From positions 1,674,001 to 1,738,000 of the forward strand of contig OX597832.1 of the NCBI GenBank assembly GCA_951406725.2: a stretch of 64,000 bases of DNA, given 5' to 3'. The position numbers were made by a program, and so were the translations under genes. Below the pieces are notes generated by a model. That model was not told the DNA's origin. It saw only the letters and a program-made list of their open reading frames with translations, and made no database searches. This stretch comes from Octopus vulgaris. Taxonomy: Eukaryota. Shown here in pieces: positions 12,791 to 27,315 of the stretch (position 1 is its first letter; the number at the start of each line of letters is the position of its first letter).

Positions 12791-14079
12791 CGAGGGACGT
12801 TCAATAAGTAATGCCTCTGACCCACTTGCAGTTGTTTGATCTAGCTGCAATTTTGCATGTGCAATAATTTATATCTCTATAGAGTAAGTGGCAAATTACA
12901 GCTCTGAATTAATTGTGGTTTCTGATTTACAGGTGTTTCAACCGAGTCAAGTGTGAAATGGAGCCTGTTGAGTGTCGAGTAGTGATCCGGTTTTTGCATT
13001 TGAAAGGACGCACACCACGGGAGACTTTTGATGAAATGAAAGTAACTTATGGTGATGATGCCCCATCATATGACCTTGTAAAACGCTGGCATCGTGAATT
13101 CAAACATGGTCGGAACTCTGTGGAAACAGCTCCCAGATCTGGTCGCCCCTTCTGCCATTGAGGAGGCATCTGTCCGTCAAGTTGAGGCTGCCATTTTGGA
13201 AGATCGACGCATAATTATTCGCCAAATAGCCCATGAGGTCAAGATTAGTACCGGGTCTGTGGAAACTATGATTCATGACTATTTGCATATGCGAAAGGTG
13301 TCTGCCAGATGGATTCCCAGGTTGCTCACGCCTTTCCAGAAGCAAGAACGCGTCGAGTGCTCGAGGGTGAATTTGGAGATGTGCCAAGAAGATGAGTCGA
13401 AATTTTTCAAAAGACTGATTACACAGGATGAAACCTGGGTCCATCACGATGATCCAGAGACCAAAGCCCAGTCAATGCAGTGGAAGCACCGTGACTCACC
13501 CCTCCAAAGAAAGCAAGGGTGCAGCCCTCCGCTGGAAAGGTCATGCTCACAGTCTTCTGGGACCAGGACGGAGTAGTGATGACAGATTTCTTGGCAAAAG
13601 GTACCACAATTGCAGGAGCCTATTATGCTTCACTTTTGAGGAAATTAAGAGAAGTTATCAAAATCAAGAGGCGGGGCAAGATCAGCAAAGGCATCCTCCT
13701 CCTGCAGGACAACGCTCCGGTCCACAACTCGCTTGTCGCCAGATCAGAAGCACAGGCGTATGGCTATGAACTCCTCCCCCATCCCCCTACTCTCCTGACC
13801 TTGCACCCTCTGATTTTCACCTCTTCCCAATCATGAAGTTGTTTTTGAAAGGAAAGCGTTTCCCAGATGATGCAGCCTTGATTTCTGAAGTCACGTTGAG
13901 GTTGGAGGACCAAGCTGGGTTCTTCTACAAAAACGGTCTCCAGAGCTGCATCAAACGATGGGAGAAATGCGTAACTCTGGGTGGTTCCTATGTAGAAAAA
14001 GACTAATAACTGTGCCAAGTTTCGTTGCTCTACTGCTATGGGAAGTGGGTCAGGGGCATTACTTATTGAACGCCCCTCG
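12791..14079 (+). mobile_element. Near-complete mariner DNA transposon (DD34D)
   Basis: ~37-bp TIRs (CGAGGGACGTTCAATAAGTAATGCC.../...GGCATTACTTATTGAACGCCCCTCG); TA duplications at 12789 and 14080. Confidence 0.93.
12958..14006 (+). pseudogene. Mariner transposase with frameshifts
   Basis: MEPVECRVVIRFL, SARWIPRLLT, ITQDETW, LLQDNA, SPDLAPSDF split across ORFs 12913/13094/13519. Confidence 0.9.
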
Positions 14080-14099
14080 TATATACTAATATACACGCA

Positions 14100-14330
14100 G
14101 CCACAACAACTCCTGGTACTGGCTATATATAACCACTACAGAAGTTTTACTTCTTGGTCTCACGTTTTTTGTACGTAACGATGTTGTTAAACCTCCGTTA
14201 ACAGCAGCGTATGCAGCTCCTTTCCGTTTTCTTTCATGCACTGATAAATTGCTCACTATAGACCTTAATGGTCATAAAGACACTATATCAGTGAATAGAC
14301 TAAAAAGAACCTTCATAGTGAAACCCGATT
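14100..14330 (+). mobile_element. Gypsy integrase C-terminal (GPY/F) remnant
   Basis: HVFVRNDVVKPPLTAAYAAPF...NGHKDTISVNRLK. Confidence 0.55.
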
Positions 14331-14770
14331 CCACGCAAAAAATCTCATAGAGAAACCTTGATTCCAAGCAAAAAATCCCAGCTTTTTTTTTTCTTAGTGA
14401 AAATCGTGCGAATAAAGGATAGAAATTTACCGAAAATTATCCCTGTTCCCACTGCAAATGACACACACGCACACAACATTACAAACACGGCACGCACACC
14501 CACCTTCCCATTCCATGACTGCCATTGGGATAGATCAGGTGCCGGACAAGGATTCTGGATTATTTTCCCGGTTTTTACTTAATTTTTGAGAGTGGTCGTG
14601 TTTATTTTTAGTATTCTCGTTTGTGAGAGCAGTCGAGTTTATTTCAGATTTTCTAAATTTAAAAATCATCTACCACTAATCGTTGAGAGGACGTTTGTGT
14701 TGCCTTGGTGGAAGTTTTTGTTTTCTGAGTGCTCTTGTTGTTGTTGTTGTTATTATTATTATTATTATTA

Positions 14771-14802
<32 letters not shown>

Positions 14803-14979
14803 TTCATATACACGTAACCGATTAGACTGTTGGGAAAATAAAAAGTCCTAACGTCGGACTACAAGTAACATTAGATGACAAGAACCCTCCTAAGTATCCT
14901 AGCTGTCCCTAACAACACTGTTTTGTTGAGCGAGGTGATTTGAAGCGTACAAGACCAGGCTGTCGCTGCCAATTCAGTG

Positions 14980-15685
14980 AAGTATAACATCTATAAAACC
15001 TCTGACACTCAGAAATGCAGACTCTGTGGAAAGAGTGTAGAAAATGTGATCCACTTGGTAAGTGAATGTGAGAGCCTTGCACAAAAAAAAAAATACAAGC
15101 GCCGCCACGATAAAGTCTGTGCGTATCTTCATTGGCTCTTATACCGTAAATACCAATATGAAGTAATAGAGAACTGGTATGTGTATGTACCAAGTAAAGT
15201 TATGCGAGAGGATAGAAAAGTAACGATACTCTGGGACTATGATTTTCAGACAGATCGTGTAATCGAATACATTTTTCATGACAATATGACAATCGATATT
15301 GTCATATTGAATAAGAGAGACAAATACTGTCAGATCATTGATGTAGCCATACCAAAAAACATGAATTTTGTGAGTAAAGAGGTTGAAAAAAATCACCAAG
15401 TACTCCGAAATGAAAGTGGAAACGGCAAGACTGTATGGAATGCGAGAGGTTAATGCAAAAGTAGTACCAGTGGTGATCGGAGCGTTGGGATCAATCCCAT
15501 TGAAACTTCAAAACTTCTTAAGGCAACTGGAAATCCCTAGCAAGAGTGATGTCTTGCAAAAAGTAGACTTATTCGGCACAGCGCACACCTTAAGGAAAGT
15601 ATTATCTGTCTGAGGTCCTTGTTGTGACTTGACAACTGACTAAAGACTCCGGTGCATTTTTACCTACACTGTGTAACGAAGGAGG
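14980..15685 (+). mobile_element. Dong/R4-type LINE 3' fragment (CCHC finger and restriction-like endonuclease)
   Basis: CRLCGKSVENVIHLVSEC, YKRRHD, ILWDYDFQTD, IIDVAIP, VVPVVIGALG; followed by AAT/AAC repeats. Confidence 0.88.
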
Positions 15686-15761
15686 AATAATAATAATACT
15701 CCAGGAGTTCCAAGAAACATGTGATAAAATGAAACAAGAAAACAACAACAACAACAACAAC

Positions 15762-15840
<79 letters not shown>

Positions 15841-15886
15841 TCTCTGGTGCAGTACCAGGCTCTGGCTTTCATGGCTTCTGATCTTA
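15841..15886. mobile_element. Truncated end of the (AAT)n-associated non-coding element
   Basis: TCTCTGGTGCAGTACCAGGCTCTGGCTTTCATGGCTTCTGATCTTAA directly after (AAT)n. Confidence 0.65.
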
Positions 15887-15966
15887 ATAACACAATTGAA
15901 TTCAGAAATTCAAAAGTTCAACGACGTAAATATCAATATGTATGTGTATGTATGTATGTATGTATG

Positions 15967-16035
<69 letters not shown>

Positions 16036-16539
16036 GTGTGTGTGTGTGTATTATTATATGTGTGTGTGTATATTACTATTATTGTTTTATTACCAGTAAT
16101 TACAAATAGAACAGCTTGAATTGCTTCTTTTCAAGGTAGCACTATCAGCGGCCACTGGTAGTAGTAAACACATTTGACCTCTGCTGACCCAAAGGGTGCG
16201 AAAATTCTTTTGTCTCTATGGCTGACCTTTGCACCATCTGCCGAATCTACTTATAAACCTGTTGAATATGATCTATTTACCAAATTGCTATCCAACTATT
16301 TCTTCCAACAATGGTAGTGGTGGTGATGGTGATAATGAAAAAATAATATAAAAAATAATATGCTGCAGCTACTGATACTAAATGCTATTAATGCTACAAT
16401 AATACTACAAGTAATACTATTATGATAGCACAGGAATCTGAGGCCCAACTACCACCCTTACCACTACCCCCACTCTGCTACTGTTGCTGTTGCTGCAACC
16501 ACTGCTGCTACTACACATAAAAACAACAACAACAAGAGC

Positions 16540-16618
<79 letters not shown>

Positions 16619-16619
16619 G

Positions 16620-19600
16620 TGATGAATGGAAACGGGTGGATCCCCCTTATGGGCTGATTAATGATACAACTTGTGAAGCTGTCACAATAAAAACACTGAT
16701 AATCGCTACCTCATATGAGTGACAATGAAAAAGCAAAATATTGTGAATAACGGTGGTAATGAAATTGAAGCCAATGATGGTGTCAGCGTTACACCTGGCA
16801 GGCTCAGAGATTCTGGTCAGGGTCCAGACTGTCGATATCCAGAAAAGGATCACCACACACGGCGTAGATGGAGCAAGCAAATTAATGCTGTGGTCATGGA
16901 GTGTTACTATCTCAGCAGCCCGGTACATGAAAATGGTGCTCAAATTAGGGGTTACCGACAACGTATGTATGATCATTGGGGAGAAAAGGGATTGTTTCAA
17001 CTCACGGAACAGACACTATGTAACCAAGCTAGAGCAATAAGAAAAAATTGTTGGTTCACAGAAGTAGAGCTCGAAGCTGTCAAAAGATGGGTTATAGAAA
17101 AAGCAGCAGAGATAACAATGAAAATACAGTTCTTACGAATAAGAGTAATCTCATAGCACAGGAAAGGAGCAGTGGTAGTTTACTTGCTGAGAGACATATG
17201 GATGATCTAAAAGAAGACAATAAAACTAAAAGCGACATAACGGATAAACAAATGTTAAGACAAATAAAGTTAAGACTACAGGAGAACGACAGCCACATTA
17301 TTTGCAACCTTGAAAAGGTTGATCGATGGAAATTGAACCAAGAAACAAAAAAATGTCAATGAAATTCTGAAATACATCAGAACAAACAACATCACAGAAA
17401 CAAATAATTTGATCAAGACAGCAAGTATTGTTGTAGCAGAAAATGTGAGTGTTGATGTCAAGAAAAAGAAACATAATGGGAGTGACAAAAGAAAAGATCC
17501 ATGGTGGAAAAGAAGAATCTATGCAGGGTTAGACATGCTCTCGAAGGAAATCTCTGTGTTAGACCGAAAAGAGAAAGGGGAGCTAAAAAGCGAACAAAAA
17601 TACAGGGTACTGAAAAGGAAGTATAATATTGAAAGAAAGTAATAGTGGAGGGATTGAAACAGCGCTTCGTTGCAAAGAAAGCAAAGATGGTAAGATACGA
17701 CCAAAGAATGAAGGGTTACCACCAGAATAGGTTATTCAGAGTAAATTAGAAGAGATTCTATAAAGAAATAAATGGAGAGTGTATAAATGAAAAGTTGATA
17801 TCAGATAACATTGAAAGTCAAAGGTTTTGGAGTGACATCTGAAGCAAAGACAAGGAGCACAAGAAGGATGCTGAATAGTTGCAAGAACTGAAACAAACAG
17901 TAGCTTGTCCAAAACAGGCAGAACAAGTCATTTCAGTTAGGGAAGTGAAGGAAATCAGCAAAAAAATTAGCAACTGGAAGGCCCCGAGACCAGATGGAGT
18001 TCAAGGCTACTGGATCAAAAGATTTGGTGAATGCCATGCCCGAATAGCTGCGCAACTCAACACCTTGTTAAATGCCCACCAAATAACACCAAAGTGGTTG
18101 ACATTGGGGAGGACAGTGCTGTGCCTGAAAAACATCGAAAAAGGCAATATGGTAGACAATTACGGGCCGATATCCTGTTTGCCACTTATGTGGAAGTTAT
18201 TGACTAGAATACTCGCCGAGTCAATGTACGAACATCTGAAAAAGAAATGGAGTCCTGCCACATGAGCAGAAGGGTTGCAAGGGCAAATGCAGGGGTACCA
18301 AGGATCAACTCCTGATAGACAAAACTGTACTCAGAGATTGCAATAGGAGGAAAAGTAACTTAGCCATGTCATGGATCGACTATCGTAAGGCGTACGATAT
18401 GATCACACACTCTTGGATTATGGAGTGTATGAACATATTTGGCATTGCATCGAATGTTGAGCGATTGCTTGGAAAAAAGTATGGCGAACTGAAGGACGGA
18501 CCTGATGGTATACGGAAGTTTAGGGACAGTAGAAATTAGGAGGGACATCTTCCAAGGGGACTACCTGTCTCCACTGATCTTTGTACTATGTTTGATACCA
18601 CTAGCACTGATTTAGAAGAAAGCAAAAGCTGGGTGTGTATTCAAAAGCCGCCGACAAAAAGTCAACCATTTGTTATTCATGGATGACCTCAAACTTTATG
18701 GTAAAGATGAAGCCCAAGTCAGTTCCCTCATTGATACGGTGTATCCTTCAGTGCTGATATCAGAATGGAGTTCGGACTGAGAAGGTGTGGTGTGTTTGTC
18801 TTGAAGAGAGGCAAAATCGAATGTATGGACGGGTTAACGATACCGTCGGGGGAGGTTATGAAACATATATAAGTACTTGGGAATTTTGGAAATGGATAAA
18901 TTGATGGAGAAAGAGATGACAGAAAATTTAAGGTGGAGTACTTGCGCAGACTGACACGGATCCTTAAGTCGAAATTAAACGGACTGAATGAATTCGAAGC
19001 TATCAACACCTGGGCGGTTTCACTCATTAGATATGGAGTAGGGGTAATCGCATGGACAATAGACAAACTAAACAGCTTAGACAGAAAGACAAGGAAGTTG
19101 CTAACTAGATATGGGTCACTCCACCCAAAAAGTGACACAGATAGACTGTATGTACCAAGAAAAAGAGGGGGAAGAGGACTTGTTGGATGCGAACACAGCA
19201 TTAGAGTAGAAGAAAACAACATATCATGGTATGTAAAAAATGCTGCAGAACCGCTGTTATTAGCAGTAAGAAGGTCTGGCTTGTGTAGGATGAAAGATTG
19301 CAAAGATAAAACAGTGCACAAGCACTTGAGAATGAATGAAACTGAAAATAGGTGAGTAAAGAAAAGACTGTATGGTCAATTTCATAGGGATGCTGAAGAT
19401 AAGACAGACAGAGAAAAAAGATGGATGTGTATGACTAAAAGTGATTTAAAACCGGAAACGGACGCCCTAATCTGTGCTGCCCAAGAACAAACCCTAAGAA
19501 CAAACTACATAAAATATAAAATAGACAACACAGCAGAAAGTGATAAGTGCAGAATCTGTGGACAAAACAGTGAAACCGTATGGCATATTACCAGCCAATG

Positions 19601-20190
19601 TATGCCACCAGCCCAGAGGAAATATAAGAGACGCTACGACACTATAGCCAGGCTTGTCCATTGGACAGTTTGCAACAAGTATGGACTTGACAGAGCAAAA
19701 AATTGGTACGACCACAAACCTAAAGGCATCGTCGAAAATAGAAATGCAAATATCCTATGGGATTTTATAATTCAGTGCGACCATGGGATAGAGAATAGGA
19801 AGCCAGACGTAGTGTTAATTGAGAAAGAAAACAAATTATGCTGGATCATAGATATAGCATGCCCAGCAGACAACAAGGTATGCGATAAGGAAGAAAGAAA
19901 AGTTGCGAGATATGACAGGTTAGCTTGGGAAGTTAAGCAGTTGTGGTCGATGAAAGGTAGCAGTATTACCAATAATTGTCGAAGCTCTGGGAACAGTGGG
20001 AAAATCTCGAGAAGTACGTGGAACAAATAGGAGCTGCAATAAGAGTGGAGCACTTGCAGAAAACAGCACTGCTTGGAACCGCTCGAATACTCCGGAAGGT
20101 GCTCGAAAAATAAGAGGTGCTACCTTAGTTCACTGGTAGTGAACAGCTGACACTGTAGTACATCTCCAGCGCTAGAAGTTGTGCAAAGGC
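16620..20190 (+). mobile_element. Near full-length Dong/R4-type non-LTR retrotransposon in an (AAT)n tract (inactive)
   Basis: Single decayed ORF: RRRWSKQIN..CYY..GYRQRMY N-terminus, [60 protein letters not shown]; (AAT)n at 16541-16618 and from 20191. Confidence 0.92.
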
Positions 20191-20202
20191 AATAATAATA
20201 AT

Positions 20203-20290
<88 letters not shown>

Positions 20291-20293
<3 letters not shown>

Positions 20294-20792
20294 GGCTTGC
20301 TCCAGCACCAGGCAGTGGCTCTCATGGCTTCTTATTTTAACTGATTGGAAGTGTTATCATGTACATTGTTTTGTCTTGTATAAAAGATGGACTACAGCAA
20401 ATATTCTGCTCAATACCATAGATTTGCCTGTCAGTTGTGTGAGCTTAAGAAGTTGAGCATGTCTCTTTGTGGCTGACGATATGCATCTCTGATCTTTGGA
20501 GTTTAGCTAATTCACCTTTGGAAACAAGGGTGTTTCGTTGAACATCCTTAAACAACTCTTAGTTAGGGACCTTTCGAGCAGGATGAGCTACTCGACCAGA
20601 AGAAAATTCTAACTGGATCCAACCTGCACGGTCATGCGCTGTTTGTCTTGATGAGATCACCGTCTCACGCATACATGGTTGTGATGCATGTGCCTAGGGT
20701 ACCCTTATCAAACGGGTAGTCCTGGTGGGTATACTGGGCTTCGTATATTTTACTCTAGCGTCTGTTTGATGACAAACACTGCTCTCTCACTC
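20291..20792. mobile_element. ~500-bp non-coding element flanked by (AAT)n, copy 1
   Basis: Colinear with 20859-21422; ends CTCTCTCACTC-AATAAT. Confidence 0.8.
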
Positions 20793-20857
<65 letters not shown>

Positions 20858-20858
20858 G

Positions 20859-21421
20859 TGCCCTGGTCCAGTACCAGGCGGTGGCTCTCATCGCTTCTTA
20901 TCTTAACTGATTGGAAGTGTTATCATGTACATTGATTTGTCTTGGTATAAAACATGGGCTACAGCAAATATTTTCTTCAATACCTCATCAATTGTTTGCT
21001 CGTCAATTGTTTGACCTTAACCAGTTGATTATGTCCCTTGGTGGCTAATGATATGTGTATCTCTGATCACGAGCAGAAGTAATTGGGAAGCATCATAGTC
21101 ATGTGTTGAGAGGAATTCTTTGGGGTTTAGATAATTCACTTTTGGAAACATGGGTGTTTCGTTGAACATCTTTAACAATCCTTATTCAGGTACCCTTTGA
21201 GTGGGATGGGCTACTCGACCTGAAGAAAATTCTAGCTGGGTCCCACCTGCAAAGTCATGCGCTGTTTATATTTACATGAGATCACCATGTCACGCACATA
21301 TGGTTGAGATGCATGTGCCTAGTGTACCCTAGTGTATCAGACGGGAAGTCATGATCGGTATACTGGGCTTCGTATATTTTACTCCATCGTCCCTATGATG
21401 GCAGCCACTGGTCTCTCACTC
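20859..21421. mobile_element. ~560-bp non-coding element flanked by (AAT)n, copy 2
   Basis: Colinear with 20291-20792. Confidence 0.8.
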
Positions 21422-21449
21422 AATAATAATAACCACAACAACAACATAA

Positions 21450-23087
21450 AGAAATAGATATGAAATTTGGATTAGAAAAATGCGCCAAAGTAACCCTGAA
21501 AAGAGGAAAACTAGTTAAGAGTAGCAACATCACACTAGATAAAGCCAATGAAATAAGAGAATAAGTCCAAAGCCAAACTTACAAATATTTAGGAATCCTT
21601 GAAATAGATAAGACACAACACACACAAATGAAAGAGAAAATAAAGAAAGAATACTATAGACGAGTTAGATCAATACTGAAAACAGAGCTCAATGCTAAAA
21701 ATAAGATAATAGGTATTAGCACTTTAGCCGTCCCAGTTATAAGTTACAGCTACAATATCCTTAACTGGACGCTACATGAACTGACCAAAATAGATAGGAA
21801 AACAAGAAAAATAATGACAGAATCTAGGACGCATCGCCCAAAATCTAACATAGAAAGGATATATATACAACGTATAGAAGGTGGTAGAGGCCTTATAAAG
21901 CTGGAAAACTGCTATAAAATAACCACCATAGCACTGCAAAAATACCTACTTCAGAAGCAACGAAAACTGATGCAAATAGCGGCAAAACACGAGCAAAACA
22001 AAAAATTGTTCTCAGTTTTTAAGGAAGTTGACAAATACAAACAAGAAATCATAACACCTAACAAATATGAAGAAGAAGAAGAAGAAGAAGAAGAAGAAGA
22101 AGAAGAAGAAGAAGAAGAAGAAGAAGAAGAAGAAGAAGAAGAAGAAGAAGAAGAAGAACACAACAAAAGCTATAAAGCAAATGAAATCAAAACTAAAACT
22201 AGAACAGCAACGGACCATGATAAAACGATGGCAAGAAAAGTCCCTTCATGGCAAGTACTGGACTAAACTAAATGCAAAGAAATAGACAAAGAAAAATCTC
22301 AGCAGTGGTTGAGAAGCTCAGAACTCAAAGCAGAGACAGAGGGATTTTTAATTACAGCACAAGACCAAAGCCCCCCACCACCACCACCACCACCACCACC
22401 AGGAATTACCAAAAACATGTAATGAAAAGAAATATAACAAGTAACTGCAGAATATGTGGAGATGGACAAGAAACAATAAATCATATTATCTCTGGCTGCC
22501 CAGTCCTGGCTAAGAAGGAATATATTCACAGACACGACAGAGTTGGGACCTACATACACTGGAAGCTATGCCAACACTGGAATAACAACAGAAAAAAGAT
22601 GGTATAGGCACACACCAGAAAAGGTCACAGAAAACGAGAAAGCAACCATACTCTGGGATATGCCAATACACACAGAGAAATTAAGGCCAACAGACCAGAT
22701 ATAGTTGTCAGAGATCATGAAGAAAAAAAATGCTTTCTAATTGATGACATTTCTAAAAGAAATGGAGAAACTTTCAAAATACAAAGACCTGGAAATAGAG
22801 GTAACCAGAATGTGGAATCTAAAAACAGAAACAATTCTTATCATAGTAGGTGCATTAGGCATGATAAAAAAATATTCAGACAAACACATAACAAAAACAC
22901 CAGGACTTACAAACACATATAACATACAGAAAATTGCACTACTCGGCACTGCACACTTCCTACGCAGAACACTTTCCATACAGTAACCATCAGAGCATCA
23001 CAACAAATCACAACACATACCCAAGGCACACAGAGCTGCGCTCGGTAGAGAAGTGATAGCACGTTATAAAAATAAAACTACTGAATG

Positions 23088-23090
<3 letters not shown>
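21450..23090 (+). mobile_element. 5'-truncated Dong/R4-type LINE
   Basis: MKFGLEKCAK, ERIYIQRIEGGRGL, CRICGDGQETINHIISGC, RHD, RPDIV, KYKDLEIE, IVGALG; (AAT)n tail 23090-23169. Confidence 0.9.
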
Positions 23091-23170
<80 letters not shown>

Positions 23171-24109
23171 TCAACATTGTTCTTAAGTAATATGTATTCA
23201 TCTAGATTTATACACTGTATATGTAGTTACCTTCCACATATGTATTAATACATACAGTTACGTGTACACACTTAAAGCAAACATTTATCATAATACATTC
23301 ATACATTCACTTGGTCTGATGCTCACAAACAATGTAAATGCTACACATTAATGTGTGGGCATATGAAGATGTGGGAAAACGTGCAATACTAGATGAATAG
23401 TTAACATGACAGCTATGAACGGGCAAATATATAAAAGAACCCGAAATTGCAAAATACAGAAAGCACTTTGGAATCTAAAATTACAAGTATACAAAACGAA
23501 ACAAAATAGAAAGAATACCGAAACGTAACATGAAAAATGTAAAATTGTAAAATCTAGAATCGTAACAGAATTGTAATGTAGTAAGTAATTCAACAACATA
23601 CAATTTTCTTGATGCGCACAAAATTATCAAATTTGTGTGAGTGTAATGGATAAACTGATGCATAAACCTGACAGTTCTGCATGCCCACTCTTCAACGAAA
23701 CTCTGATCAACACTCACAACTTTCATGCCTAATCATACAAATGTTTTAACGCACCAATACTATCCCTTACTTCCTGGAGCCCGGACTCTGCTTTCTTCAG
23801 GAATAATTCAGCATTCAAGATACCACATCCCTGTGCGTCAATTGCAAGAATTTACACAAAAAAGCCATGCCTAAAATAGAATGTATCCACACATTTACAA
23901 ATAAATTATATTTATGTTACCTTTCAGTAAACACAACCAACTAGAATGCAGATAAAGCAGATCCGGTATTATTTTATGGGACAGAGAACCGAAGTGATGC
24001 ACTGTTGTAGAGGTCAGCTGACAAGTGGATTTCAATGTCTTGCTTAAAGTTGTGGAAGAGAAAAATAACTATAGTGAATAGGTGCAAAATTGACGCTTCT
24101 TTCCAGGCC

Positions 24110-24345
24110 AAAGAAAGCTGGTGCTACAGAATTTGCTGATGTGGAAGAGATGAAGAAAACGATGAAGGCATTACAAGGCATCACTTCGCAAGAGTTCCAA
24201 CACTGCTTCGAATAGTGGAAAGCGCCTGGACCGACACATTGCTTCAAATGGAGAAAACTTTGAAAGCGATATAAGTGTAAACATGTAAAAGTAAGTGAAT
24301 AAGTAATATTGCAAAAACCCGGTTTCCTTTAGGTACCTCCTCGTA
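24110..24345 (+). mobile_element. Mariner 3' remnant
   Basis: Transposase C-terminus-like FQHCFE*WKAP..IASNGENFE and terminal CCTCCTCG-TA. Confidence 0.55.
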
Positions 24346-25138
24346 AATACATACATACTTAAAAACAAAAATACTCGGTTTTTCGAAGAAAGAGCCAAAG
24401 AAACTGACACACACTCGTCAAATTCAATCTATTAGCAGCACGGAGAGGAGTTGCGACACATTCTGAAGATTTTCCATTTGAGATTCTTTAGAGAAAGATG
24501 CACCAGTCTGGGTGCATTAACGACATATTTACAAACACTGGGAACTCTCTTAACTCAAAACGTTTTGTCGCCTTGTTAGCGACAAGTTTGAACTCTCTCT
24601 TCAGAAGAACTTAAATAAAGCTCAAAGAAGAAACATACATACATAGTGCAAGTCAACAAACATCCGAGTAAAACCACTTACTAAACTCAATAAATCTATG
24701 AAAATGTTTCGAGAATCCCAAAAGTTCTTGTTCGTGAATTTGTTTTGGAAGGTAAGTGTTTTCTAGCAAGGATCCACTTTTCAACGTAGTCAGCTTAAAA
24801 CCAGTCACACAACAAAAATTGAGACGATTAGAAACTAATTGCGCTTCAGATTTGTTTATACGAGTTTACCTTCCCTTAGAAGAAAGGTCTAACAAGAACT
24901 TGGTATCCTTCACTCTCGGAGGTTCACATACTACTTAACCATAGCTGCGACCCTGACAGGAGCTACTATTCTGGATCAGTGTAAAGCTGGGAACAATAGA
25001 GGCTAAGAAGTTGTTCCACGCTCCTAAATCCCTGGAACTTCCGTACCAGGGTCCCTCTACAGGATACGGTTTAAATCACACCCATCATTAACAAACATAC
25101 ATACATGCATACATACATACACACATACATACACACAT

Positions 25139-25195
<57 letters not shown>

Positions 25196-25239
25196 TACAT
25201 ACATACATACATACATACATACATACATACATACATACA

Positions 25240-25270
<31 letters not shown>

Positions 25271-27258
25271 TCATATAATACACATGTAATTTCCAATTAA
25301 ATTAAATATCTATAATGCCTCAAGGATAAATCATCAAACTGGAAAATGTCGTAGAAAGTGTGGGGGAGAGAGACAGAGAGTGTAGGGAAAGATAAAGAGA
25401 GCTGCGATGCCAAATACATCTTGGTTGGTACAAAAGATGATTTAAGATGTCGACTGAGAATCTGGAAATAATAGCCAAACCTCCCTCAAATCACATCCTG
25501 GGCTATGTTGTTCCTGATACACTAAATGAAGGGTGGTAATGACTGGAATGCCTTTGATCTGAAGCTACATGTCAAATAGTAACCAAATTCGAATGAAACC
25601 ACATTTTATCGTCTTAAATTCGGAAAGAACTCAATAGACAATACTATACACAATATATATATATATATATATATATTTAATAAGACGAGATAATATAAAT
25701 ATTGCGTTAACTAAAAAGAAAACTGTCCATAGACCGAATTTCTGCAATTATAAAAGATTTAAAACCACACTGTGAACGATTTTGAATAAAAAGAGATGAA
25801 CTCTAACTGATATAACGATGCAGTTCAATTTTCTATTGTAGCTATTTTACAGCATTTGTATAATTCATATCGTTAAGAAAGGCATGAACTCCACAAATTT
25901 TATTTTTCCTTCCCTATTAATATTAGGCTTTATGTTTATGCAATCAGTCAATATTGTCCAAAATATTACACTGGACAGCAAGCAATTTGTCAATCTATTG
26001 GTAATTCGGAAAGTAATTCCCAAGACTATAAATTACCTAACATGATGGATCCTGTGGTTCGTTAGTCACAACTAAGTGGAAAAAAAGAAAGTATATTTCA
26101 AAAGAAAATGACAGAATCATTACGTGATTATCTCCAAATGGCTTCCAAAGTAAATCGACATTGTTTTCTCCCGTGGGTGATGTATATCTCCATTATTTGT
26201 CGATGTATTCTGGTTTTAGTTTTCACTGCAAACAGAAACGTCTTCATATAAAGCAGATAAATATTCAACGGAGAATGATGGAAATTGAAAAAGAACGATA
26301 ATGTCAGAGGATAATATGGAACCTGAAGAAAAGAATGAGCTTAGATTTGTTGACTAGTCTCACAACAAAAACTGAAAGGCTTCGTGAACGGAGAAATTAC
26401 AAGAACATGATCCTGACACACGGTTCCACTGGAAGTGTGTGTATGTATGTGTGTGTGCGTGTATATGTATGTATGTATGTGTGTGTGCAGGCATGTATGT
26501 ATGTGTCTGTGTATGTATGTGCATGTACACCGGCTTGTATTATCATGTGTATGTATGTGCATGATGTACGTTTGTGTATATGCGTATACGTTTGTGTATG
26601 CATATGAGTGTATGAAATTACATATTTTTATTTTAATGCATGTGGCTGATACACACTCATACATATATACACGTTTATGAAGCTTGCTTCGCAATATGAG
26701 GTCCTGGTTTCGATTTCTCTGTGTACCATCTGAAGCATACGTCTTTATCATGAAAGCTGTAAACGTAATGCAAAGGCATCATATAGCCTGAACTTGTACT
26801 TCAAAGGGCCAGACATGTTTCACAGTATCACACTGATTCTGCATAAAGATTACATATAAGTGTCCTCGGAATACTCAGCAACTTGTAATAATTTAATGAG
26901 TAGGGATTTGGTCGAACAGCTGGATTAATTGTCGTCGAAGCAAATGGAGAACCATTTATTTTACATGAAATAATACATACATACATACATACATATGTAC
27001 ATATTACATACATACACACATACATATATATATACATGCAAACATACATACATACATACATACATACATGCATACATACATACATACATACATACATACA
27101 TACATACATACATACATACATACATACATAGACAACTATGCGAATAAACAATTGAATTGCTTGGGTTTGCTTTTGCTGTACAAAATATCCATACATGAGT
27201 GCATGTAAATAGAGAGAAAGTAAAGACTGAAAATTTTCAGACGATGAATATTCAAGTA

Positions 27259-27311
<53 letters not shown>

Positions 27312-27315
<4 letters not shown>

